Below, in pieces: positions 18,523-26,012 of a stretch of 28,256 nt of DNA. Origin of the DNA: a virus. Its lineage: Duplodnaviria; Caudoviricetes. The DNA is taken from positions 1 through 28,256 of IMG/VR virus record IMGVR_UViG_3300037313_000087. One strand, given 5' to 3'. Below the pieces are notes generated by a model, which saw only the letters and a program-made list of their open reading frames with translations, did no database searches and had not been told where the DNA came from. A program made the translations under genes and the position numbers. The number at the start of each line of letters is the position of its first letter. Positions within the stretch are counted from its first letter, which is position 1.

Positions 18523-18974
18523 GTTTTCACCTCATGCACTGCCTTGACTACGAAGCGTTCGAACTCCGCAACAGTTGGACCGACTATGCCGTTTGGTGCC
18601 TGTGTCTTAGAGTGGCCATCTTCCAATTCCTCTGCATATGGAAGCGAGTTGGCGATGTAGAAAACATCGCCGCGTTTCCCCTGCTGCGCTCCCTCTGTAA
18701 TGCGTTGGATGGATGCCGCGCCGCTCTTGTCAATGATGTCAAATACAGTGGTAGGTATATTGTTGATGCCGACAGCCCAATTAGCTCTGAACCTGCCGCC
18801 AACGTAGCCTTTCGGTGCAGGATGCTTCCAAAGGTCCGGATTTCCGACAGGGCTTTTCTGCACCAACGATGCGCCTATTTCGAGCACTGTCTTGCGGCAC
18901 GCCATATCCAATTGCTCTTTCGTCTTGGCGCAGAACTTGTTGATGTCGAGGGCGAATTGGCGAACGTTGCTCAT
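18519..18974 (-). CDS. Neck/tail completion protein (HK97 gp10-like)
   Basis: SPVGNPDLW, GYVGGRFRANW, N-LPYA-LE-GHS-QAP-G-V. Start moved to ATG 18974 (ATGA overlap). Confidence 0.88.
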   Translation of the reverse strand: MSNVRQFALDINKFCAKTKEQLDMACRKTVLEIGASLVQKSPVGNPDLWKHPAPKGYVGGRFRANWAVGINNIPTTVFDIIDKSGAASIQRITEGAQQGKRGDVFYIANSLPYAEELEDGHSKTQAPNGIVGPTVAEFERFVVKAVHEVKT

Positions 18975-19333
18975 GTCTGCCTCACCCACATTTTGTATAT
19001 TGTTGGCGCGTCTTCAACGAACGTAGTCCACACGCAGACAACGGCCCATTCTTCTAGGTCCATCACGATACGATCACCGGATGACGGCCCTGTTATATCC
19101 AGAGCAGCGACATAGACATATCTGTCCGCATGTATCCTGTTATGCTCGTCTGTCGTGGTTTCTTTAGCACCAACGACAGTGGCCTTGATGACCTTGCTTG
19201 TCTTGACAACTTCAGTCCTGCCCGTAGCCGTGTTATAAACGCCGGGATTGACAAGGATGTAAGTGACGGTCTTTCCCGAACTGTTGATCATCCGCTTTGC
19301 GCTTGTGCGTGCGCGGTCGCTCTTCTCGCTCAT
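18971..19333 (-). CDS. Head closure / head-tail joining protein
   Basis: Start moved to ATG 19333 (ATGA overlap), 120 aa. A-RMI---G--VT, G-YN-ATG, P--GD-I pattern and position. Confidence 0.75.
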   Translation of the reverse strand: MSEKSDRARTSAKRMINSSGKTVTYILVNPGVYNTATGRTEVVKTSKVIKATVVGAKETTTDEHNRIHADRYVYVAALDITGPSSGDRIVMDLEEWAVVCVWTTFVEDAPTIYKMWVRQT

Positions 19334-19836
19334 GATCGCACCAATCGAATGGTATTGCCACCTACCGCGATGAACGGTGCCAGCATCGCGTCTATCTCCC
19401 TGTAGCGAACGTATTGCGATCCAGGCGCGTACCATGTCTCCAATACGTCGATCTTTTCGCGGATTACCTCGCGCTGCAGGTCAGGCGCAAGAGGACCGGA
19501 AGAGGCACGCAGAGCGAGTTCAGCGCATGCGTTGACAACTTCTTCCGGCACGATCGTATCCAGCACATATCCGTAATACTGCGCATCGGGGATGGTGACG
19601 CCATAGCGCGGCCAGTCAAGACGCTGCGTGCTTGTCTTGCGCATTCCTTTCCATTGAAGGCGATAGAACGCCTGCATGTAGTCAGTGGCGCGGACCAGTG
19701 CGCTTTCCTTGTCAGCGGGATCGAGATCAGACCATGCCGAGTTACTCCTAGCAAGATGGTATGCATCGGCTGCGGCTACACTGCACAGACTCACAGCATC
19801 GGACTTGCCGGTCCCATCCTCAACGATGATCGCCAT
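19330..19836 (-). CDS. Head-tail adaptor (family often labelled DnaT-like ssDNA-binding)
   Basis: IIVEDGTG--DA-S, ADAY, KE-AL-RATDY, W-G, Q-L-WPR, P-EV--A-AELAL. Confidence 0.85.
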   Translation of the reverse strand: MAIIVEDGTGKSDAVSLCSVAAADAYHLARSNSAWSDLDPADKESALVRATDYMQAFYRLQWKGMRKTSTQRLDWPRYGVTIPDAQYYGYVLDTIVPEEVVNACAELALRASSGPLAPDLQREVIREKIDVLETWYAPGSQYVRYREIDAMLAPFIAVGGNTIRLVRS

Positions 19837-19837
19837 G

Positions 19838-20164
19838 TCAGAGCTCCTTCACTTTCAGGTACAGCGTCTTGCTCTTCTTCTGCCCGTCAGCGCAGGTAAT
19901 CTGGCAGGTAATCGGGTATTTCGTGCCGATGACAAGCGTTGCCGCATTCGCCTTCGATACCTGCGCCGTCACCACGCCACCTATCGCGCCTGCGGTCGTT
20001 GCGGTCAGAAGAGGATCAGGCGTGAGCGTGTGAGAGACGTAGGTCGTGCCCTGATCCGTCAGCCATTCGGCGAAGTCGAACGGAATGTTGATTGTGTCGT
20101 CGGGGTCGAACTTCCCCCACGGCTTGTCCGGGTCATCTACGTTCCAGAAAGTACCAGTCGTCAT
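19838..20164 (-). CDS. Putative fibre adaptor protein
   Basis: 108 aa; DPDD-I---FDF--WL, Y-ITC-I---G----TLYLKV. Lies between the fibre-like gene and the head-tail adaptor. Confidence 0.65.
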   Translation of the reverse strand: MTTGTFWNVDDPDKPWGKFDPDDTINIPFDFAEWLTDQGTTYVSHTLTPDPLLTATTAGAIGGVVTAQVSKANAATLVIGTKYPITCQITCADGQKKSKTLYLKVKEL

Positions 20165-20173
20165 CGGTTGCCC

Positions 20174-22354
20174 CTAAGTGATCGTATAGGTCTGGTTCGC
20201 CGCTGGAACCGTGTATTGCCGCTGATCGGCTGCTATCGTGTAGGTTTGATTTGCCGCTTCGACCGTATAGGTCTGGTTATCCGCTGCGATGGTGTAGGTA
20301 CGGTTTTCAGCAGCCACCGTATAAACATGGCTTTCGGCTGGCACCGTGTACCGCATCTCGTCCGAGATCACCGGAATGATGTTGTTTCCGGTTGATGACA
20401 GCGTGAATGCTTCAAGCGTTACGCCTAGGTTGCCGACAATTGCAACCTGTGCGTCTGATGCAAGACCTACCGCAGACAGCGTCACATCGGCAACGCCATG
20501 CACTTCTATCTGCGCCGCACCGCTGGCCGTCACATCCGCGAGCAGCGCATTGACAGTCGCATTGATGCTTACCGTCGCATCCGACGATACGGACACGGCA
20601 CCAAGCATCACGCTGGCCTGCGCGTGCGTTACTACTGACGCATCCGACTGAGCGGATATAGCACCGAGCGTCACGTTCAGGTCACCAACGCTCACGGTTC
20701 CAATGCTGCCGGTTGCGTCCAGCGTCACGGCTCCAAGCGTAGATGACAGATCGGCTAAAACCAGTGCGCCCGCATCTGCAGCAATCGTTACCGCGCCTAG
20801 CGTGTTGCTGGCGTCCGCTACGTCCAGTACGCCGCCATCTGCGGATGTAGTCACTGCGCCAAGCGTTGCAGATAGATCAGCAACGTCAAATACGCCGCCG
20901 GATGCCGAGGTCGTTGCCGCGCCGAGCGTTGCGTTCAATGCGCCCGTGTCGGGATGACTCGCATCCGCCGACAGAGACGTGCTGTCAAGCGTAACTGACG
21001 CACTTCCAGCAATAGCCACGGTTCCGGCAGAGGATGCGGTGACGGCTCCGAGCGTCGGCGTGGCCGTACCGACTATCGCGACAGTTCCCGCAGCGGAAGA
21101 AGTCACGCTACCGAGCGTTACGCTGGAACTGGCAGCTATGGGCAATGTCGCAGCGGCACTTAGCGTGACTGCGCCTAGTGTTGCGCTCAGGTTCCCTGTT
21201 CGCCCTCCGCTGCCGACTGAACCGTCAGCCGACAGTGTTGCCGCGCCAAGTGTCGCGTTGACCGTACCGTACCGGACGATCGGTGTTCCCCATGGCGCAT
21301 AGTTCGTCGCGCCTGCGGAGCTTTCAGGATAGGTTCCCGCAGTTGACGAATCGTAGATCGTGAACCAGTTGCTGTTATCGATCGAGACTTCCGTCTTGAC
21401 CGTGCTGAACACGCGCGCATCGTCATAAAAGTGCCAGCGCGTGATCGAGTAAATCTCGTAGATCGAGCCAAGGTCGATTGTCACCGTGGCAGGATTACCG
21501 TTACCTGACAGATAACTGAAACTGTTGTTAGTCACGCCATCGGTGACCAGCCCAACTGATCCTTCGAGCACCGTGAAATTCACAGTCGGCGTGCGGTTCA
21601 GCGCCAGATTCGTGCCGGAAGCGTCCTTCGCCTGGATCTCCACCCAATAGTTCGTACCGTTGACGTTCGATCCGCCAGACATCGAATCGCGAATGTACCG
21701 AACCGCGCCTGTCTTGAATGTCAGGTTTTCCGCAAGTTCAACGAATGCCGCATGGTTTGATACCGTTGCGTTTTCCGTCGTGTTGGTCGTGGTTCCGTCG
21801 TAATAGGTGGTGCAGGTATAGGCAGTTGCCATCGCCTGCGTGAACGAAGCCCAAAGTTCTACCACCACCACATCGCCATCCAGCGCCGATACAGACGAGG
21901 TGGACAGCGTGAACGTCGAAACCTGCTCCGTCGAGGCAGCGGTGGCCTCAGTGCTTGATCCGGTTATTCCTCCGCCTATCGCATCCGTCAGCGTCCCTAC
22001 CTTCGCACCTGTGGACGGACGCCATACGTAGATATTCGCTGAGTTGACGAAGAAGTTCGCAGAGGTATTGCTCTCTGCGTCTGCCACGTTGATCGTCAGC
22101 GTGCCACCGCCTACCGTCTGAGATCCGGACAGCGGACGCGATACCCACATGCCGATAAAACCGTTCTGCGCAGATGTTGATGCAGATGAAGTACCGGCAA
22201 TGGAGGTCTGCGCCTTGCCGGCAACAGGGTCCATCATGCGCAGCGTAGTCGCTCCCGTTGCACTCCATGTCGGTGCGGCAGAGGACTGTTCGCCGCTCGG
22301 GTACGTGCCCGACATGCCGTGCGCTACCGCATGCAGGTATAGCCGCGTGCTCAC
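20174..22354 (-). CDS. Putative head/neck fibre protein: N-terminal beta domain, module C, 21-aa repeats, 9-aa repeats
   Basis: 726 aa, Ser/Thr/Ala-rich, GTG start in a GTGA overlap. Confidence 0.75.
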   Translation of the reverse strand: MSTRLYLHAVAHGMSGTYPSGEQSSAAPTWSATGATTLRMMDPVAGKAQTSIAGTSSASTSAQNGFIGMWVSRPLSGSQTVGGGTLTINVADAESNTSANFFVNSANIYVWRPSTGAKVGTLTDAIGGGITGSSTEATAASTEQVSTFTLSTSSVSALDGDVVVVELWASFTQAMATAYTCTTYYDGTTTNTTENATVSNHAAFVELAENLTFKTGAVRYIRDSMSGGSNVNGTNYWVEIQAKDASGTNLALNRTPTVNFTVLEGSVGLVTDGVTNNSFSYLSGNGNPATVTIDLGSIYEIYSITRWHFYDDARVFSTVKTEVSIDNSNWFTIYDSSTAGTYPESSAGATNYAPWGTPIVRYGTVNATLGAATLSADGSVGSGGRTGNLSATLGAVTLSAAATLPIAASSSVTLGSVTSSAAGTVAIVGTATPTLGAVTASSAGTVAIAGSASVTLDSTSLSADASHPDTGALNATLGAATTSASGGVFDVADLSATLGAVTTSADGGVLDVADASNTLGAVTIAADAGALVLADLSSTLGAVTLDATGSIGTVSVGDLNVTLGAISAQSDASVVTHAQASVMLGAVSVSSDATVSINATVNALLADVTASGAAQIEVHGVADVTLSAVGLASDAQVAIVGNLGVTLEAFTLSSTGNNIIPVISDEMRYTVPAESHVYTVAAENRTYTIAADNQTYTVEAANQTYTIAADQRQYTVPAANQTYTIT
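20177..20350 (-). repeat. Coding tandem repeat, 9 aa (27 bp) x6 plus a partial
   Basis: YTVPAESHV YTVAAENRT YTIAADNQT YTVEAANQT YTIAADQRQ YTVPAANQT YTIT. Confidence 0.95.
20378..21274 (-). repeat. Coding tandem repeat, ~21 aa (63 bp) x14, core TLGAVTxSA
   Basis: e.g. RTGNLSATLGAVTLSAAATLP / IVGTATPTLGAVTASSAGTVA / DVADLSATLGAVTTSADGGVL. Confidence 0.93.
21281..21703 (-). repeat. Module C copy 1
   Basis: Colinear with 9153..9572; DNA similarity is still visible around atctccacccaata. Confidence 0.95.
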
Positions 22355-22578
22355 AGGTATTCCCCACTCAGCGTACAGTCAGGGAAGTTATCCTTGATCT
22401 CCGGACGAACTGGACAATCCAGCGCAGGACGATCGCCTACTGCCCCCTCCCAACATGCGCCGCATTGGATGCATGTGCCATCGATGCGCCACCGTTCTCC
22501 AGTAGCGGGAACGAGATAGATCACGGATGACTCCGTACTTGACTCGATCACCACGTTTGGATCGCAGGTAGGCGTCAT
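22351..22578 (-). CDS. Small Cys-rich protein with CxxCxxC motif (putative Fe-S/Zn binding)
   Basis: 75 aa; CIQCGAC...DCPVRP...FPDC. Translationally coupled to the downstream gene. Confidence 0.7.
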   Translation of the reverse strand: MTPTCDPNVVIESSTESSVIYLVPATGERWRIDGTCIQCGACWEGAVGDRPALDCPVRPEIKDNFPDCTLSGEYL

Positions 22579-22588
22579 GACTTACTAC

Positions 22589-23005
22589 TCAGGAATTAGC
22601 TGCAGTCAGGGTGAAGGTATTGACTGTGACTGTTTGACCACTCGCTATTGACACGTTGTCCAACGTGAGATCGCCCCCGCCACCGGTTGCGGTAACGCTG
22701 CCCTGAATGTGGCATGTGGTTCCAGCGGAATCGTAGACGCGGAAATATCCAGCGTTCGTGCCTGCGCCTGCATTGGCATGGCCTGTTCCGGACCATGTGC
22801 CCGATTTGGCTTTCGAGCCAGACGATGCAGCAGCGAGGTAATCAGACGGCAGCGTGATCTCGCACAGCATTGTTCCGGAAGCGGCTGTAGAGGTATTGGC
22901 CGGAGCAGATCCTGAATAGAATCGCAGCAGCGGTGCGGTGCTGATCGTGGTTTCGATGGAATCAAGCTCGGCGTTGCGCACGCTGGCTGAAAACTGGATG
23001 GCCAT
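22589..23005 (-). CDS. Conserved phage virion protein (putative fibre/decoration subunit)
   Basis: 138 aa, GGAG RBS; RNA-LD-I, L--YSG--PAN, AG-FR-YDS, QG-V---GGGGDL-LDN-SI--GQ-V-V--FT-T. Confidence 0.78.
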   Translation of the reverse strand: MAIQFSASVRNAELDSIETTISTAPLLRFYSGSAPANTSTAASGTMLCEITLPSDYLAAASSGSKAKSGTWSGTGHANAGAGTNAGYFRVYDSAGTTCHIQGSVTATGGGGDLTLDNVSIASGQTVTVNTFTLTAANS

Positions 23006-23029
23006 GGATGAACTCCCTGTTCAGAAATG

Positions 23030-23051
23030 AAAAAGGAGCCGTATGGCTCCT
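23030..23051 (-). terminator. Intrinsic terminator after 55-aa gene
   Basis: AGGAGCC-ATAC-GGCTCCT then TTTTCATTT. Confidence 0.8.
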
Positions 23052-23072
23052 GTATGCGTGGTGTGGGGTTTT

Positions 23073-23240
23073 TTATTCGGGTTTGGACTTGATCTTGCGA
23101 GGCTTGCTGTGCTGTTCGGCGTGATGCTCTGCTTCGTCGAAGAGGACATCGGTATCCGTCAGGTCTTCCTTGTTCTTCACGTAGTAGCCGTGCGGATTGC
23201 CTTCTGTGACAGGACATACGACCTTGACTGTTTCAATCAT
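23073..23240 (-). CDS. Small hypothetical protein after capsid gene (55 aa; below ORF-track cutoff)
   Basis: GGAG RBS at 23247-23250; MIETVKVVCPVTEGNPHGYYVKNKEDLTDTDVLFDEAEHHAEQHSKPRKIKSKPE. Fills the gap between two terminators. Confidence 0.8.
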   Translation of the reverse strand: MIETVKVVCPVTEGNPHGYYVKNKEDLTDTDVLFDEAEHHAEQHSKPRKIKSKPE

Positions 23241-23255
23241 CTGAATCTCCAAATG

Positions 23256-23282
23256 AAAAAGGAGCCACCGAAGTGGCCCCTT
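23256..23282 (-). terminator. Intrinsic terminator after major capsid gene
   Basis: AAGGGGCCAC-TTCG-GTGGCTCCTT then TTTCATTT; cUUCGg loop. Confidence 0.85.
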
Positions 23283-23288
23283 GATTGA

Positions 23289-24434
23289 TCAGCCGAGCAA
23301 GATGCCGATGTTCTGGCGTTTCCATGCCTTCATGCCATACACGCACTGCACGTCGAACATCGCCTTGCCGTAGCCGCGATAAGCACGAACGTCAAATACC
23401 AGACCGGACCACGGGTCTTGCACCATCAGCTCGTCAACAGCAGCGTCACCGCCCATCGGCTGCGCCAGCGGACGGATAGCAAGTTCAACCGCCGATTTGT
23501 GGAAAGCCACGTTCGCAGTGAAGTTGCCGCCAACAGTGACGGCAGTCGCCGAAGTGCCGATCGCAACACGCAAGCCAGGCTCGGCCAGCGTGACGACACC
23601 ACCCGTCAAAGCCGTTGCAACGACATACTTGTTGGTATCGCCTGCAAACGTGATCACGTCGCCGGCGAGGATCGTGCCGGTGCCGGTAATCAGCGTGATC
23701 GCGGTTGCGCCAACTGCGTAGCCAGCGGTGTCAGTGGTGTAAGAAGCGCCTGTGCCTTTGGTTACCAAGCCGATGCCAGCCGATTCCTTCAGCATCAGGT
23801 TCTGCAGGTTCAGCAACTCGCCTTGGCGCAGGAGCGTCGAAGATCCGGCTTCGTTGACCTTCTGCAGTTGCGCGAGGTTGCGCATCTTCGTGCCGGCAGT
23901 GGTATTGATGATCAGGCTGGCTTGGCCATCCTTCACCGGGCAACCGTTATCCACCAGAATCTGGCGAATCTCGGCCACTTCGTTGAAGTTCGAGCCGAAC
24001 GGCGTGGTGCCGGCAGTGCCGAATGCGCGGGATGCGTTCTTGCGGACTTCGTTCCACAGATCCACCTCGATCTGATTCACGATGGCGCGCATTGCCTGCG
24101 TGATCTGGTCGCCATAGATGGTTTCGAAGCCGGAACCATTGTTGACGTGCTTGATGTCTTCACCAGTCCAGGGGATTTTGACGGAGGCGGTCGTGTTGAT
24201 CGTCAGCGTCTTGTTATCGACGGTCTGATCGGTGCCTTCCGGAATCGTCATCGACGGGGTGATGGTGCCGACAGTCGGCGTGCGGGTGAAGTGCGAACGA
24301 ACAGTGTCGTTCAGCGCAACACGCTCGGAACCGGCGTTGACGGTTACCGAAGGAATGATGCCGACGATCTCGCGTCCGACCAGGTCGGCGGATTTGTAGA
24401 TGTCGGCGGCCAGATTGGTAAGTACGTTTGCCAT
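23289..24434 (-). CDS. Major capsid protein (P22 coat-like, HK97 fold with insertion domain)
   Basis: 381 aa after the scaffold; MANVLTNL, VGRE-VG-IP, QAMRAIVN-IE-DL, DP-SGL-F-V--Y-GY. Thr/Gly-rich insertion at about aa 222-305. Confidence 0.93.
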   Translation of the reverse strand: MANVLTNLAADIYKSADLVGREIVGIIPSVTVNAGSERVALNDTVRSHFTRTPTVGTITPSMTIPEGTDQTVDNKTLTINTTASVKIPWTGEDIKHVNNGSGFETIYGDQITQAMRAIVNQIEVDLWNEVRKNASRAFGTAGTTPFGSNFNEVAEIRQILVDNGCPVKDGQASLIINTTAGTKMRNLAQLQKVNEAGSSTLLRQGELLNLQNLMLKESAGIGLVTKGTGASYTTDTAGYAVGATAITLITGTGTILAGDVITFAGDTNKYVVATALTGGVVTLAEPGLRVAIGTSATAVTVGGNFTANVAFHKSAVELAIRPLAQPMGGDAAVDELMVQDPWSGLVFDVRAYRGYGKAMFDVQCVYGMKAWKRQNIGILLG

Positions 24435-24448
24435 GATGTGGGCCTTTC

Positions 24449-24474
24449 AAAAAAAATGCCCGCTCATGGCGGGC
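24449..24474 (-). terminator. Terminator-like hairpin between scaffold and capsid genes
   Basis: GCCCGC-catga-GCGGGC, A, then T8, immediately before the capsid RBS GAAAGG. Confidence 0.75.
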
Positions 24475-24497
24475 TTGGGTTGCGTTTGGAAGACGAC

Positions 24498-25286
24498 TTA
24501 ATCGGTTACGATTCCACCGGCCTTCGCATGGGCCATACGGTCAGCCGGAGACATCGCGTCGAACTGCGTGCGATTGACTGACTTCTTGCCGTTTGCGTTG
24601 GTAGTGCTGGTGGTTGCCCCGCTTCCTGATGCGCCCGAGCCCTTTAGAATTTGATCTCTAAAAGGGCACGAGAGGACTAGGGCTTCAACACCTTCATCGA
24701 AGTTGGCGATCTCGCCGGGGCGAGTCGGGGAGTAAATCTTGTTGCCGGAATTGTCGTAAGGGACAATTGCGCCGTCTTCGATCTTGATGTTTTTGCCGAA
24801 ATACGCTCTTGCGAGCTCTGCAGGAATGGCGAGCTTTTCTGCGATGAACTTGGAACTGGAGAAACCGCCGCCGATCATGTGGTCATTCAGTTCGGCGGTT
24901 CGTTTTTCGAGCAATGCGGACAACTCCTGCTCGCGTTGTGCGCTGGCTTTGGCTGCGGCTGCAACCTGTTCCTGCGCTGCCCTGGCTGCTGCGGCCTTGA
25001 TTTCCTCGACCTTGCCTGCGGCGACGAGCTTGCCTTCATCAACGTTCTTGATGGTTTCGAGAGCCTTGATGGCGGCAGACGGATCTTCGATGCCTTCGAA
25101 TGCCTTGAGCCTGCTTTCGGCTTCGGTGAAGCGTTTCTTGTAATCCGTGTTTTCGCCCGTCAGTTGCCCGATCTTCGCGAATGCTTGCGCACCGTCGAAG
25201 ACGATTTCACGTCCGTCGCCATGCACGTATATCGGCTTTCCGTCCGATAGAACCGCATGACCGCTGTCATCGATTTTCAGTTTCAT
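24498..25286 (-). CDS. Capsid scaffolding protein (DUF6651-like)
   Basis: MKLKID--GH-V--DGKP-YV--DG-E--FD, coiled-coil middle, IGG-F--SKFI, IYS--RPGE-A-FDE, C-terminal R--FDAM-P. Confidence 0.88.
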   Translation of the reverse strand: MKLKIDDSGHAVLSDGKPIYVHGDGREIVFDGAQAFAKIGQLTGENTDYKKRFTEAESRLKAFEGIEDPSAAIKALETIKNVDEGKLVAAGKVEEIKAAAARAAQEQVAAAAKASAQREQELSALLEKRTAELNDHMIGGGFSSSKFIAEKLAIPAELARAYFGKNIKIEDGAIVPYDNSGNKIYSPTRPGEIANFDEGVEALVLSCPFRDQILKGSGASGSGATTSTTNANGKKSVNRTQFDAMSPADRMAHAKAGGIVTD

Positions 25287-25293
25287 GGTTGGT

Positions 25294-25369
25294 GACCTTT
25301 CTGGTCGAGATGGTTAAGGGCTTACTGCCCGAGAAAACCCGCTTGCTTTGCTTACTGCGCTGCGTGCGG
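25294..25369 (-). promoter_or_regulatory. Structured scaffold leader with three AG(U/A)AA-loop hairpins
   Basis: GC-AGTAA-GC (in a bulged stem), GGGC-AGTAA-GCCC, and GACC-AGAAA-GGTC, the last overlapping the SD. Confidence 0.5.
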
Positions 25370-25372
25370 ACG

Positions 25373-25400
25373 AAAAAAAGGCCCGCCGAAGCGAGCCTTT
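25373..25400 (-). terminator. Intrinsic terminator after 176-aa gene
   Basis: AAAGGCTCGC-TTCG-GCGGGCCTTT then TTTT. Confidence 0.85.
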
Positions 25401-25420
25401 GATTGAATTTTGCTGATCTG

Positions 25421-25951
25421 TTAAACGGTTACTAGACCGTCCATTCTTGCCAATGCGATCGTTCCAGCGAAACGTATGCTCGCCCCTTTGATCACTTTCA
25501 AATGGTTATTTTCGCCATGCCACTTGAAAGCGACCAGCAAAGAATCGCCTTCCCTGCCAATCACTATTTCGTTGAACCGAGCAAATGCCTTGTCTCCCGA
25601 TTTAACGAGAGGTTGATTCTTGTATCGGACGACATCTGGCGTTTCAGAACGTGACCGCATTAGTGGATCATGTTCATTTACCGCCATCTGCCTTGCTTCA
25701 AACCCGTCTATCAATACGGGACTTCCATCAACATCAATATGCGCGACACTTGTCATCACAAGGCGATTTCGCCAGTACATCCTTACCTCTGCCTTGCCGT
25801 TAGCAGGGACTAACTCAATGGCATTGTGTCTGATATAGGTATGAGATCCATCCGTTACGATGGGGCTATCCAACTCTGACAAGATCCTGTCTGTCTCTCT
25901 CGACAGTACGTCTTTAACTTCTGGCACTAACTGAAAAGGTATGTGGTTCAT
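25421..25951 (-). CDS. Hypothetical moron-like protein with internal duplication
   Basis: 176-aa ORF, visibly more AT-rich than neighbours, flanked by terminators; no clear SD. Confidence 0.72.
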   Translation of the reverse strand: MNHIPFQLVPEVKDVLSRETDRILSELDSPIVTDGSHTYIRHNAIELVPANGKAEVRMYWRNRLVMTSVAHIDVDGSPVLIDGFEARQMAVNEHDPLMRSRSETPDVVRYKNQPLVKSGDKAFARFNEIVIGREGDSLLVAFKWHGENNHLKVIKGASIRFAGTIALARMDGLVTV

Positions 25952-25964
25952 GGGATATGAAATG

Positions 25965-25992
25965 AAAAAGCCCGATGGTTAGTCGGGCTTTT
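25965..25992. terminator. Bidirectional-type intrinsic terminator
   Basis: AAAAGCCCGA-tggttag-TCGGGCTTTT with A/T tracts on both sides. Confidence 0.8.
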
Positions 25993-26012
25993 GAATTTGA
26001 TTTAGAGAATGA

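Noticed and set aside
18975-19435. Longer starts given by the track (19435 and 18989)
   Set aside because: They overlap upstream genes; ATGA-coupled starts at 19333 and 18974 are more plausible.
20177-21274. Periodic repeats as a CRISPR array
   Set aside because: The repeats are degenerate, in-frame and protein-level, with no constant repeat and unique spacer structure and no cas genes.
5417-21703. Duplicated modules as diversity-generating retroelement template/variable repeats
   Set aside because: Differences are spread over all bases and are largely synonymous rather than adenine-specific, both copies are coding, and no reverse transcriptase is present in the window.
22645-23217. 190-aa minus-strand ORF
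   Set aside because: Runs across a terminator and overlaps two better-supported genes that have RBSs.
23418-24581. 387-aa plus-strand ORF
   Set aside because: Antisense shadow of the codon-biased major capsid gene; no motifs.
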